IMG/VR virus record: IMGVR_UViG_3300045285_000115
Coordinates: 4,053 to 68,052 of that record
Strand: one strand, 5' to 3'
DNA length: 64,000 nucleotides
Source: a virus
Lineage: Duplodnaviria > Caudoviricetes
Shown here: positions 55,007 through 64,000 of the stretch, piece after piece
How positions within the stretch are numbered: the stretch's first letter is position 1
Layout: each line of letters starts with the position of its first letter
Made by a program: the position numbers and the translations under genes
Notes under the pieces: model-generated
Told to the model about the DNA's origin: nothing
Seen by the model: the letters and a program-made list of their open reading frames with translations, nothing else
Databases searched by the model: none

Positions 55007-55205
55007 GTATTTTCTTCACGTAGTCCACAAGCGAAGCATCAAGGTTGGATTTACCCGCGAGGATGCATTCATCGCACCACGCTTGCCCGGCTCCTGTCAC
55101 CCCAACTGGCGGCAGGGCGCGAAAGTGCGGGACCATGGGGACTTTGCCGCATCCCTGACAGGCTTCGCGTTCCGTTACGGCGAAGTCACGCAGAACATCA
55201 GCCAT
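54993..55205 (-). CDS. small Zn-finger protein
   Basis: CQGC...WCDEC. Confidence 0.5.
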   Translation of the reverse strand: MADVLRDFAVTEREACQGCGKVPMVPHFRALPPVGVTGAGQAWCDECILAGKSNLDASLVDYVKKIHGVV

Positions 55206-55437
55206 GCGGATGCTTGGCCGCCATCCTTGCCTTGGCCAAGCGACCCTTGCCGCCGCCGGCCCCGCCGGGAAGATCAGGTCCCATGGCGCCATGGGTCGGA
55301 TGCTCGGTCGGGCCGCCATGGGCGTGATAGGAGCCAAGCTCGCGTTCCGCAACATGGTGCGTGCCGTGGTGACCGTGCGGATGCTCTATCGCGCCAAGGC
55401 CGGAATGATGCACGGTCGGGGCTTTGTGCGCGGTCAT
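55198..55437 (-). CDS. His-rich small protein
   Basis: 79 aa, many His. Confidence 0.6.
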   Translation of the reverse strand: MTAHKAPTVHHSGLGAIEHPHGHHGTHHVAERELGSYHAHGGPTEHPTHGAMGPDLPGGAGGGKGRLAKARMAAKHPHG

Positions 55438-56045
55438 GATACCAGCCCTCCGCGCCGATACGTGATCGGCCTGCCGCGCCCAATGTCCTTACCGTCCTTT
55501 TTTCCGTCGGTGTGCTGCACAGGCGTCTTGTTCTTTTCCGATTCGATCCAGCCCGGCCCCGGTTTGACCCGGCCGCCCTTGGCATAGGTGCGCCCACCTG
55601 ATTTACGGGGTCCCAGCGCCCCAGGGGGCGGCATACCAGGGCCAATTCCCGGCGGCAGGCCCGGTGCCATGCCCGGCGGCGGCAAGGGCATCGGGGGACG
55701 CGGCATGGCTATCCCGGGCGGCCCGCCGGCCGGAACGGGAACCGGCAGCGGGGGTTGTCCCCCACCATGGCCAACGATCACGTTGACGTTGGTTTTCGCG
55801 TGCTTGACCTTGCCGCCCTTGGCGCGGTGCGGCTTGTCGAGCCGATGTTTGACCGCCCCGCCTGAGGCGCGCTTGAGCGCGTTCGGCTTGACCATCGCCT
55901 TGACCAGCGCGCGATCTTCCGGCGCGTCGGTATGATCGGCCCGGTGCGGCTTGCCGACCGAAGTCCCGCCGTAGCCCTTGACGATATGGCCGACGCGGCG
56001 GTGCTGCACGTCATTGGCGCGGTGGGCGGCGTAGGGGTGGGCCAT
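55434..56045 (-). CDS. basic Pro/Gly-rich core protein
   Basis: multiple xxxGGxV motifs, AGGAGAG RBS. Confidence 0.7.
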   Translation of the reverse strand: MAHPYAAHRANDVQHRRVGHIVKGYGGTSVGKPHRADHTDAPEDRALVKAMVKPNALKRASGGAVKHRLDKPHRAKGGKVKHAKTNVNVIVGHGGGQPPLPVPVPAGGPPGIAMPRPPMPLPPPGMAPGLPPGIGPGMPPPGALGPRKSGGRTYAKGGRVKPGPGWIESEKNKTPVQHTDGKKDGKDIGRGRPITYRRGGLVS

Positions 56046-56243
56046 GAACTCTCTCCTGAAGTAAGAGAGGCAGGGTGTTTATCCCGATCCGGTTAAGGCT
56101 TCCGTGACGCAGCCCCGTTCGGGACACCCTGCTTCGCTCTCTGAATGGGACCAAGGCCCCGACACCCAAGTAACGGATGCGCGGTTGCAGTCGGGAACGT
56201 GCCGCGCCTCATGCCTTGCCTTTGGTGGTCCCTCTGTGGTTTC

Positions 56244-58532
56244 CTATGACTTCGGTTTACTTGCCGGCTTCGGCGGATGCAGCGCCTGATGCACGTCGAG
56301 CGCGTGTCCCGCCCGGTCCATCGCGGCATCATGTGACGCCTGCGTTCGTTCCAACTGGTGTCCCGCCTGATCCATGCGCTGGTCGTGGGCTTGACCCGCC
56401 ACATCCAGCCCATGCTGCCTACCTGATTCGCCGATGTCATGCACGGTTTTGAGGATATTGAGCCCATGTTCGGCGCGATCCATCGACTGGTCGTGCTGTG
56501 ATTGCGCCTGATCCTTGCCGTGGATGACCATTTCCCGGGCGAGTTCGGCGGTATGGATATCCCGCTGCGCCTGGATTTTCTCCGGTTCCAGCGCCATGTC
56601 GGCCTGTGCTTGCTGCGCCTTGGTCTGCGCCTGCATCTGCTGCGCCTTGGCCGATTCGACCTTGGCTTGAGCCGCAATGGTCGCCGGGTCGGGCGCAGCG
56701 GCTTGCGGCGGCGGGTCAATGACCAATCCCTTACTATCTTCCTTGAGCGCGCGCAAACAGCGGCGGAGAACTTCTTTCGGATCAAGGTAGCGCCCGACGA
56801 TCGGGTTCCCGGCAAGCTGCAAGAGCCCGAGCGCCTTGGCAATGCGAAAGATGTGCGACGGGACATTAGGGTCCGCGACCGGAACCAGGGGCGGGCACCT
56901 CTCCAGCGCCATCATGAATTTTTCATCGTTCCAGAAATCCTTCGGCGCCACCTCGTTCCCGCGCCAGAAGTCCTGCGGTTTCTCTTTGAAGAGATCAATC
57001 AACATTCCGAATTCTTCCGCCTGCGCGGTATACATGCCCTTGTGGGTCGCGACGATCACCACCATCGCCTGTTCGATTTGCGACAAGATGGTCCCGACTG
57101 GCACGTTTTGTATTTTTTCGGCGGCAGGAATATCGGCCGCGCCCCCGAGCGTCTTTGTCTGCGTTGTTATTCGATCAATCAAACCCAGCAGGCCAGGCGT
57201 CACGTCGCGATAAGGCATCGGCATGAACATTGTCCGAATGTCCTTGCCGCCCGTGTCGACCGGCGCAAACTCGCCCGGCGACACACGAATGATATTCGTA
57301 TTTTGTTTAAGCGCGGATTTTTCCGCGAGACCGCCCGCGAAGTTGGCGTACATTCCACCATCAAGCGAGATGCGCCATGCCGCCGTCATCGCCGCGGTGG
57401 AATTGCCGAGTATTTGCATCAGCCCAGTGCCATAGAATCCTGGCCCCGGCACATAGGGATATTTGACGTACAGCCGCTTGCGCCTACAATCCTTGTCGTC
57501 CTCGTTCCAATCACGATGCAAAGCGAGAATCTTGCGCGTGTCCTTGTCGATGGTCACGCGATAGGGCAAGGGAATCCCCTCGCCCTTGAAGTCGGCCGGC
57601 GCATAATCGTCAAGGTCGAGTTCGCATTGCGTTTCCCACAGCGTATAGGGTTGGTCCTCCTGCCGCTTCGGAATAGCGACCGTGCCCTGAATGCTCGCGA
57701 TTTTCTGATCGGTGCGCGACGTCTCGGGCGACGCCTGTGCCAATTCATAATCGACGTAGATGCCGAGCAACTGCATGCGGCGAAGCACCGACGGGCGCAT
57801 GTCGTCGATTTCATGGGTGATGCGCCCGCAGGCGGCAAAATCTTTTTTCGCGTCATCGACGATCAGTTTATCGGGCGACACACTTTCCGATACCGGCCGC
57901 CGGCGCATCGGACAGCGGTAGACCTTCTTGATGCCGCAGCCGCGAAAATACGGTCCCCATAGCAGCATGTGCGAGGTGTCGGGATAATAGGCCTTGTCGA
58001 TGTCGGTCAGGTAATGATTGAAGTCGCGCTCAAGTGCATCGGCCAAGTCATCGGTCGTGTCGTCGGCTTCGCCCACATCCTTGATCTTCGCCGGCCCTTC
58101 CGCTGGCAGCAATTCCCCAACCGTATTCGCCCACCCGCGCAGAATGGCATCGAGCATGAGAGGATTGGTAACGCTCGACATGCCCTCCACTGCGCCTGTG
58201 GATTCGGAGGCGATGGACTTCGGCTTCTCCAGCTTGAGGCCGAGCAGCGTCAAACCTTGCGAGACGTTGGACAAATACCCCAGCCGCGATTCATTGTCGG
58301 CCTCGATCGCCTCAATCAATTCCTCGCAGATCGTCCCGAGCTTCCCGGCGTCCATGTCTTTGGCGAGATTCTTAAACCACCCGTCGTCCGCGTCGTCACC
58401 TTCCTTGCGCGCCCGTCCGGAATTTAATTGGACGACAACACCGCCGTCGTTTTGTTTGGTGGCAATATCGCCCGTCGTCTCATCGACCGAGACCGGATCG
58501 TCGGTATCGATGGTGACGGCAATGTCAGGCAT
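56244..58532 (-). CDS. portal protein
   Basis: 762 aa after TerL; ELLPAEGPAKIK; PGFYGTGL. Confidence 0.85.
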   Translation of the reverse strand: MPDIAVTIDTDDPVSVDETTGDIATKQNDGGVVVQLNSGRARKEGDDADDGWFKNLAKDMDAGKLGTICEELIEAIEADNESRLGYLSNVSQGLTLLGLKLEKPKSIASESTGAVEGMSSVTNPLMLDAILRGWANTVGELLPAEGPAKIKDVGEADDTTDDLADALERDFNHYLTDIDKAYYPDTSHMLLWGPYFRGCGIKKVYRCPMRRRPVSESVSPDKLIVDDAKKDFAACGRITHEIDDMRPSVLRRMQLLGIYVDYELAQASPETSRTDQKIASIQGTVAIPKRQEDQPYTLWETQCELDLDDYAPADFKGEGIPLPYRVTIDKDTRKILALHRDWNEDDKDCRRKRLYVKYPYVPGPGFYGTGLMQILGNSTAAMTAAWRISLDGGMYANFAGGLAEKSALKQNTNIIRVSPGEFAPVDTGGKDIRTMFMPMPYRDVTPGLLGLIDRITTQTKTLGGAADIPAAEKIQNVPVGTILSQIEQAMVVIVATHKGMYTAQAEEFGMLIDLFKEKPQDFWRGNEVAPKDFWNDEKFMMALERCPPLVPVADPNVPSHIFRIAKALGLLQLAGNPIVGRYLDPKEVLRRCLRALKEDSKGLVIDPPPQAAAPDPATIAAQAKVESAKAQQMQAQTKAQQAQADMALEPEKIQAQRDIHTAELAREMVIHGKDQAQSQHDQSMDRAEHGLNILKTVHDIGESGRQHGLDVAGQAHDQRMDQAGHQLERTQASHDAAMDRAGHALDVHQALHPPKPASKPKS

Positions 58533-58746
58533 TGCTGCTGTCGGTCACCGGCAGATCATGCCGCGCATCCTTGGCGATGTCGGCGTAAGAGGGCCGAGCC
58601 GAAACCTTACCGGCTAACGCGAGCATATGATCGACGAAATCGATGATCACTTCGGCATCGGCATGTGAGAGCAAGTAGCCCTGCGAAACGTCACCTTTGT
58701 TCACGAAGTCCCGCAGTTCGCCAATAACCTGCTCGAACGTTTTCAT
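58525..58746 (-). CDS. hypothetical protein
   Basis: 73 aa, coupled. Confidence 0.6.
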   Translation of the reverse strand: MKTFEQVIGELRDFVNKGDVSQGYLLSHADAEVIIDFVDHMLALAGKVSARPSYADIAKDARHDLPVTDSSNA

Positions 58747-59021
58747 CGCACCCTCAGAATGCTGGTCTTGCCTTCCGGCTTCACTTTCGCGCCGGTCACG
58801 TTGTCGAGAATATCGCGCTTCAACTGGTCGAGCCCGAGGTTCAAATCCCCCGGCCGCGACCCGCCGAACAGCGGCGCCCACCCACCCGGCATGCACAGCA
58901 CGATCGCCACTCCGTCGACCTTGCCTTGTTCGGCTTCCGCCAAGGCTTCGCGCAAGACCTCAACGCATTGATTCTGGTGGAACGATAGGCGAAGGTTCGG
59001 GGTGTTGCCGTTCATGGTCAT
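58743..59021 (-). CDS. hypothetical protein
   Basis: 92 aa, coupled. Confidence 0.7.
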   Translation of the reverse strand: MTMNGNTPNLRLSFHQNQCVEVLREALAEAEQGKVDGVAIVLCMPGGWAPLFGGSRPGDLNLGLDQLKRDILDNVTGAKVKPEGKTSILRVR

Positions 59022-59058
59022 GGCGAATTAGCCCCACAGTTGGGTGATTCGGTCAAGC

Positions 59059-60825
59059 CTAGACTGGGTAGAGCGCCTTCGGCTGCGGCCTGTGCATAAC
59101 CCGGGCGATTTCTTCCGCCTGCGCTTCCGTGTCGGTGTTGGCAAGGCCAATATCCCGGAAGTGCTTAAGCGCTTGCGAAGTCGAGTCCGTTAGATCGTTA
59201 TACGCGTGTTTCGGGAATGTTTCCATTTCCTCTATCACCATCTCGGCCCAGTCCCTAATCGGTGCGAACACCATCAACTGCGAGAACGTCGGCTGCACCG
59301 CCAGCGCGCGAGAGAACTTATCCCCGCACACCGGCTGCAATTCGACCGACCAGGTGCGGTCGCGATAGCGATTCTGCAATTCCGAGGCCGCCGACATGCC
59401 AGACGCCTTCGCCTCGATCAATAGCTTGTCGACTTTGAACCGGTCGCAGGTGTCGGCGACGTGCTCGATCAACCCCCACGACGGCATGGCGCGGCGACGA
59501 TAGTTCGCCATGCGCATACGCGCGATGTGCGGTGAGGTTGCCGGCACGATCAGTTCCGCCGGCCAAATCATGCCGTCGATTTCGGTATCCACCACCAGCG
59601 GATCGATGCGCGGTCCCGAAAATTCGACAAACTTACGCCAGGCGTGGAGCAGAATAATCCGGCGGCGTTTCGCCTCTTTTTCCAGGAAGATGCCCCAAAC
59701 CGTGAGCGCCGACGGGCTGTTCGATTCCTTTTCGGTGAATGCGCCGTCAAGCGAGGCCATGATGTATTCGAGCGGCGGGAATTTGCCTTCCGGGTGATCC
59801 CACACCTGCCACCACGCGCGTTTGAAGATGCCACCGCCACGCGGGGCCGGCGCCTGCTGATATTGGCCCGCATAGGCGTAGGGACCTTTGACGGTCCGCA
59901 GCGATTCGACGACTTCGGGCGGAAAGCGCTCGACCCACGCCAATGTTTTGTTGCAAGCATCTGGGTTGCCCGCAACGTAGCGCGGATCGAACCAGCCGAT
60001 TTCGGTCTTGTGTGGTTCTCCATTCTGATCCACTTGCCTATCCCAGTCGTATTCCATGGGAATCATCAAATGACAGTACGGAAGCTGTAAGTCCAAGATC
60101 GCCCCTGCTACGTCCTGCGCATGAGAGCGCTGCATGATCGCCACAATCACATCCGTTACCAAATCATTCAGACGATCCGACATGGACTCCCGAAACCAGC
60201 GCACGGTTTCGGTTCGCACCACTTCTGATTCCGCTTCTTTGATATTGTGAGCGTCGTCCAGTATGATTCTTCCGCCGCGTTCGCCAGTGCCTACACCTCC
60301 AACCGACGAGGCGAGTTTCCACCCTTTCTTACTGTTGGAAATCTTGACCGAACCAGCTTGAACTATCTGCACCCTATCGGCCCACAACTCCTTGTAGGAC
60401 GGATGTAGCACCAGATCGCGAAAGCGATTGTTATCGCGCTCAGTCAAACTAGCTGAATACGAAAATGCGATATAGCGCTGATGTGCCAGGTTTTGCGGCC
60501 CCCATTCCCATGCTGGCCAGAACACGTCCGTACACAGCGATTTCATGAAGCCCGGCGGAACCGTGATCAGCAGCCGCTTGATCTCGCCGAACGTTACTGC
60601 TTCGAGATGCAGCACGATCGCATAAAGCGCCCACCCTTCGATCAATTCCGCTTCCGGCTCGAGCACGTGCCAGTAATGGCGGATGAAGGCCATCAGGCCG
60701 CCTTGCAAAACCCCATAGTCATCGAAATAGCCGCGGCGTGATTGTTCCGCGCGCAATAGTCGTTTGTTTAGTTCGGCAAGAAGCCGGTGTTTACGCTGTT
60801 CGGCGCGCGCAAATATGACATTCAT
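59059..60825 (-). CDS. terL: terminase large subunit
   Basis: VPPGFMKS (Walker A-like), RIILDD (Walker B), YAGQYQQAP, DLTDSTSQAL. Confidence 0.95.
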   Translation of the reverse strand: MNVIFARAEQRKHRLLAELNKRLLRAEQSRRGYFDDYGVLQGGLMAFIRHYWHVLEPEAELIEGWALYAIVLHLEAVTFGEIKRLLITVPPGFMKSLCTDVFWPAWEWGPQNLAHQRYIAFSYSASLTERDNNRFRDLVLHPSYKELWADRVQIVQAGSVKISNSKKGWKLASSVGGVGTGERGGRIILDDAHNIKEAESEVVRTETVRWFRESMSDRLNDLVTDVIVAIMQRSHAQDVAGAILDLQLPYCHLMIPMEYDWDRQVDQNGEPHKTEIGWFDPRYVAGNPDACNKTLAWVERFPPEVVESLRTVKGPYAYAGQYQQAPAPRGGGIFKRAWWQVWDHPEGKFPPLEYIMASLDGAFTEKESNSPSALTVWGIFLEKEAKRRRIILLHAWRKFVEFSGPRIDPLVVDTEIDGMIWPAELIVPATSPHIARMRMANYRRRAMPSWGLIEHVADTCDRFKVDKLLIEAKASGMSAASELQNRYRDRTWSVELQPVCGDKFSRALAVQPTFSQLMVFAPIRDWAEMVIEEMETFPKHAYNDLTDSTSQALKHFRDIGLANTDTEAQAEEIARVMHRPQPKALYPV

Positions 60826-60989
60826 TGGTCATTCGTAATCGACACGCCATTTTCTTCCAACTCATTAAGGACAACACGCCAGATGTGTTCCAATCCCGCG
60901 CTCGCGGGAATGCTCCCCATTTCCACCTGTTCCTTGATATCTCGCGGCACTAAATCCTTCGTGTACCATTCCCGATATTTATCGCTCAT
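60822..60989 (-). CDS. hypothetical protein
   Basis: 55 aa between TerS and TerL. Confidence 0.5.
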   Translation of the reverse strand: MSDKYREWYTKDLVPRDIKEQVEMGSIPASAGLEHIWRVVLNELEENGVSITNDQ

Positions 60990-61683
60990 GTGTCACCTGC
61001 ACGCCAATCTTCACTTCCACCCCAAGCGCATTCAACTCCGCGACAATCTGCGTCGTCGACATCTCGCCGACATCATCGCTCAACGGCCCGTTGGTTGCGC
61101 CCAGTCCCAAGAGCTTACGCAACTCGCGGTTGGCTTCCATCTTGGAATAGGTTTTCGTCACCACCTTGCCGGAATCGGTGATTTGCACAGCTTCCACCAC
61201 CCGGCACAAATCTTCTGGTAGGTCCGCGAGCATTCTGGCCCGCTGGACCTGATAGGTCACTGGCTTATCGTCAACGATCACTGGATTGCCAGCCTTGTTG
61301 AGCAACACGCGATCTTCGACCTCCCACAGTTCGGCCGGGTTGTGCTCGTGGATAAGCCAGAGGAATTCTTCCAGCCGCCTGCGCTTTTCGAGGACGACGG
61401 CCTCTTCCTGATGGGCAAGGTAAGCAATGCGCGCCTCGACCTCCCGACGGCGCTCGAGCCGCGAGGCGTTGCCGCGCGCGGCGTGGAGTTGTTCCAGGGT
61501 CAGAGTCGAACGGTCAAGCCGAAAGGCTTGGCAATAGGCTTCGACCTTGGGCAAAAGCAGCGCGCGCGCCCTTGCGAATCGCTCATGGCGGTCGGAAAGT
61601 TGGCCCGAGCCGGGGATAGGCGCAGGCGGGGGCTCATTCGCCCGGATCAGTTCCTGTGCGGTTGCTTCGGCCATTCCCAGCAT
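60979..61683 (-). CDS. terS: terminase small subunit
   Basis: RHERFAR...AYCQAF...NASRL...VEARIAYL; upstream of TerL. Confidence 0.7.
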   Translation of the reverse strand: MLGMAEATAQELIRANEPPPAPIPGSGQLSDRHERFARARALLLPKVEAYCQAFRLDRSTLTLEQLHAARGNASRLERRREVEARIAYLAHQEEAVVLEKRRRLEEFLWLIHEHNPAELWEVEDRVLLNKAGNPVIVDDKPVTYQVQRARMLADLPEDLCRVVEAVQITDSGKVVTKTYSKMEANRELRKLLGLGATNGPLSDDVGEMSTTQIVAELNALGVEVKIGVQVTHER

Positions 61684-61901
61684 TTTAAGCCTGCGAATCC
61701 CAGAGAATCATTTTGCCTTAATTTCGCGGCCAAAACCGCCGGAAAGTCAAGCCGCGTCGTCGCGCTCTCCGATCATACGGGACCACAGACGCCGCAGCGC
61801 TGCCCGGCGCTCGCCCAAGCAATCGCTCAACTCTTGCGTGGCGGTCCCTGGAAGGGGGCCGCGCTCGGCGTCGGTAAACGGGGTAATCCCTGAGACGAAC
61901 G

Positions 61902-62816
61902 CTAGCGCCGCTTGAGCGCTTCGAGCCTCTCGAGTGCTGCCGTCAGTCCGTCGGTGCTGGTTAATCGCGGACGGATCGCTGGCTGATTGAGCTCCGCGAT
62001 GCCCTCGGTCTTGCATATCTTCTGGTAGAGCAGCTTGATCTCGGCGTCCGAGCGCACCTTGAACCAATTGCCCTTGCCGCCCTTGTATATCTTCGGAAAT
62101 ATCCGCGCGCCCTTGTCGGCCGCGTAGAGACGCGCGGCTTGGTTCCATTCTGATGACGGGTGGTCGAACCATTGCCATTTGCCGGTCTTGCGGTCCTTCG
62201 CCCCGTGCGGAGGCTTGTCTTTCCACTGGGTGGTCGAAGAGTTATCCCCAAAATTCACAGGGTGCAAGCCCTGAAGGCCACCTCTTTCTGAATCTATATT
62301 GGTTTTGGTTGGTTGTTCTGGTTGGCAATCCGTTTCCATAAGGATTCCGGGGAGATGCGGCATTTCGTAGTCCCGCTCGTAGTCCCGCTCGTAGTCCCGC
62401 TTGCCCGTGCCACTTGACCCTTTGGATTGGAATTTATCGTAATTACAAACGGTTATGACAGTGCGCCATCGCGTGGACAATCGCCTCATTGCGCCATTGG
62501 TAGTCCCATTTTTATTTTTGCGCGCGAGTTCGACCATCCCGTGCTCGGCGAGTAGCTTGAGGAACCGGTGCACGTTCGAGCGAGGCCACCGCCACGCGGC
62601 CGCGAGTTCGCGGATGGTCGCGGCGAGTTGTCCCCGCTGCACATCCGTTATCCCCAGGACATGACGATGACCTTTGGGCTTCCAGGCGGCCTGGGCAATG
62701 AGCCACTCCCAGGCTTCGCGACGTGAATAGGGGGGCCTTCCATAGTTGAACAACGGATGATCGAAGATCGTGCGGGCAACCGCGAAGTAAGCCGGCGGGC
62801 GAGTTTTGGCGGTCAC
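61902..62816 (-). CDS. phage replication initiator (replisome-organiser type)
   Basis: RTIFDHP...REAWEWLI...RGQLAATIRELAAAWRW...HRFLKLL. Confidence 0.8.
   Translation of the reverse strand: MTAKTRPPAYFAVARTIFDHPLFNYGRPPYSRREAWEWLIAQAAWKPKGHRHVLGITDVQRGQLAATIRELAAAWRWPRSNVHRFLKLLAEHGMVELARKNKNGTTNGAMRRLSTRWRTVITVCNYDKFQSKGSSGTGKRDYERDYERDYEMPHLPGILMETDCQPEQPTKTNIDSERGGLQGLHPVNFGDNSSTTQWKDKPPHGAKDRKTGKWQWFDHPSSEWNQAARLYAADKGARIFPKIYKGGKGNWFKVRSDAEIKLLYQKICKTEGIAELNQPAIRPRLTSTDGLTAALERLEALKRR
62365..62400. repeat. 3x12-bp tandem iterons (putative origin)
   Basis: TCGTAGTCCCGC x3 in the linker of the initiator gene next to an AT-rich tract. Confidence 0.65.
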
Positions 62817-63541
62817 AGGAAGGAGTCCTGTATGGCGGGTTTTACCTTCTCGATAAACATATCCGGCTGACGCGCGGCTTCCTCGATGCGGCGGCAGGCG
62901 ATTGAGAAATAACGTTCCTCGATCTCGATGCCGATGAACTTGCGGCCCATATTGATCGCGGCAACGCCCGTGGTGCCGGAACCCATGAAGGGGTCGAGGA
63001 TGATTTCACCGGGATCTGAAAATGAGCGTACCCACTCGCTGACCAAACGGATCGGTTTTTGTGTCGGATGCTCGCCCTGCTCAATCGGGCAGGTCCAGAC
63101 TGCGTGATGGCCGCCGCCGTTCCAGCGCTTCTTTCCCTCGCGGTGAAGAAGCGCGACGGCTTCCCATCCTGTGCCCGGTCGGTCGCCCGTGAATTGTGGC
63201 GCTCCGTTCGGTTTAATCCATACGCCCAATCGAATTAGGGGCACCCCTGATGCCTCAAGCGCTGCGGCGTGCCGCCACTCACAGGTCATCACGACCCAGC
63301 GCTCAGCGAGCACCGTAAGGGCACGGCATAGGCTCGTTAAATCGATGCTCGTAATCGAGCCGAAGTCGATCGTGGTCCGGTCAAGGGAATTTGCCGAACG
63401 CGCGCCCGCGTGGGTAACTTGCCCATACGGCGGGTCCGTCACCACGGCATCGACCTTCGGCAGCGACGGCAATATCTCCCGGCAGTCGCCGAGATAGAGC
63501 GTGGCGTTGCCGATGGTTTCGATTCGGCAGGAAGGCCCCAT
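62813..63541 (-). CDS. N6/N4 DNA methyltransferase
   Basis: VTDPPY; HPTQKP; ILDPFMGSGTTG. Confidence 0.92.
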   Translation of the reverse strand: MGPSCRIETIGNATLYLGDCREILPSLPKVDAVVTDPPYGQVTHAGARSANSLDRTTIDFGSITSIDLTSLCRALTVLAERWVVMTCEWRHAAALEASGVPLIRLGVWIKPNGAPQFTGDRPGTGWEAVALLHREGKKRWNGGGHHAVWTCPIEQGEHPTQKPIRLVSEWVRSFSDPGEIILDPFMGSGTTGVAAINMGRKFIGIEIEERYFSIACRRIEEAARQPDMFIEKVKPAIQDSFL

Positions 63542-63589
63542 GACGGGGCGGGACGTTAAACTGATTCGGCCGATAGATAGCGGGCGATT

Positions 63590-64000
63590 TTAGTCTTGGC
63601 ATCTCGCCGTCATAACGAACGAAACGGGATCAAGATCGAATATCCGGCGTTTGGTTTCTTCAAACGTTTTGATTTCGTGCTGCACGCCGACCGATTCCTG
63701 CCAGCCGTCGAGATGGGCGACAATCAAGACTTGGCACAGCGCCAACATCGCTTCGTTGAAAGGGAGCCATATTTTATGGTCCAGTGGATCGATATTGCTG
63801 TGGATCGCGAGCGCATGACAATGCACGATCGGGGAATAGACCTTGACATGACATTGCAACAGTTGCGCGGCAATCTTGGCGGCTTCGCTGAAGGCTTGAT
63901 CGAGGCCGTGTTTGTAACGCGAATACGGCGTCGCGAGGTAGGCAAGCGAATCCTGTGGATATCTTTGCGCGGATGATTCGCGGGCCGCGGCGGCGGTGAA
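63590..64000 (-). CDS. DUF1937 family protein (5-prime truncated by window)
   Basis: YLATPYS...VYSPIVH...LDGWQESVGVQHEI. Confidence 0.8.
   Translation of the reverse strand, partial: FTAAAARESSAQRYPQDSLAYLATPYSRYKHGLDQAFSEAAKIAAQLLQCHVKVYSPIVHCHALAIHSNIDPLDHKIWLPFNEAMLALCQVLIVAHLDGWQESVGVQHEIKTFEETKRRIFDLDPVSFVMTARCQD

Noticed and set aside
56502-57962. Long plus-strand ORFs (also 19412-20575, 52924-53709, 14804-15757)
   Set aside because: Antisense shadows of strongly codon-biased genes in high-GC DNA.
1-64000. CRISPR array, DGR/retron, tRNA genes
   Set aside because: The repeats are dispersed with variable spacers rather than regularly arrayed; no reverse transcriptase, TR/VR pair or tRNA cloverleaf was recognised by eye.
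1-64000. Alternative genetic code (stop recoding)
   Set aside because: Core genes (TerL, portal, capsid, fibres) are full length under the standard code and use all three stop codons.

Overview
The whole window is part of a tailed dsDNA (pro)phage of an alphaproteobacterium, probably Hyphomicrobiales, judged from an Omp25/RopB-like porin, a DUF3309-like protein and a GAAC-N7-GAAC SOS box. From right to left on the minus strand: DUF1937, DNA methylase, replication initiator with internal iterons, TerS, TerL, portal, GroES, scaffold, a glycosyl-/methyl-transferase cluster, small membrane proteins, head proteins, major capsid flanked by two homing endonucleases, podovirus-like neck/tail genes, tail fibres, a GNAT and two large ejection-type proteins. 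An early region (about 1-16 kb) holds many small ORFs, a divergent HTH switch and a PD-(D/E)XK nuclease. No integrase, endolysin, DNA polymerase, tRNA, CRISPR array or reverse transcriptase was recognised. The most unusual signal is non-coding: 15 copies (plus degenerate ones) of a bipartite intergenic element, GGTGACCG-N26-28-TCATGAA(C/A)CAAAC, often in inverted pairs bracketing zero or one gene. Beside one copy is a 581-bp TIR/TSD mini-transposon carrying a passenger gene. Other notable points are two chromosomal-type parS sites, a LexA box in the switch, and a virion protein ending in InPase and HiPIP-like domains. All family assignments are from motif recognition by eye; no database searches were run.
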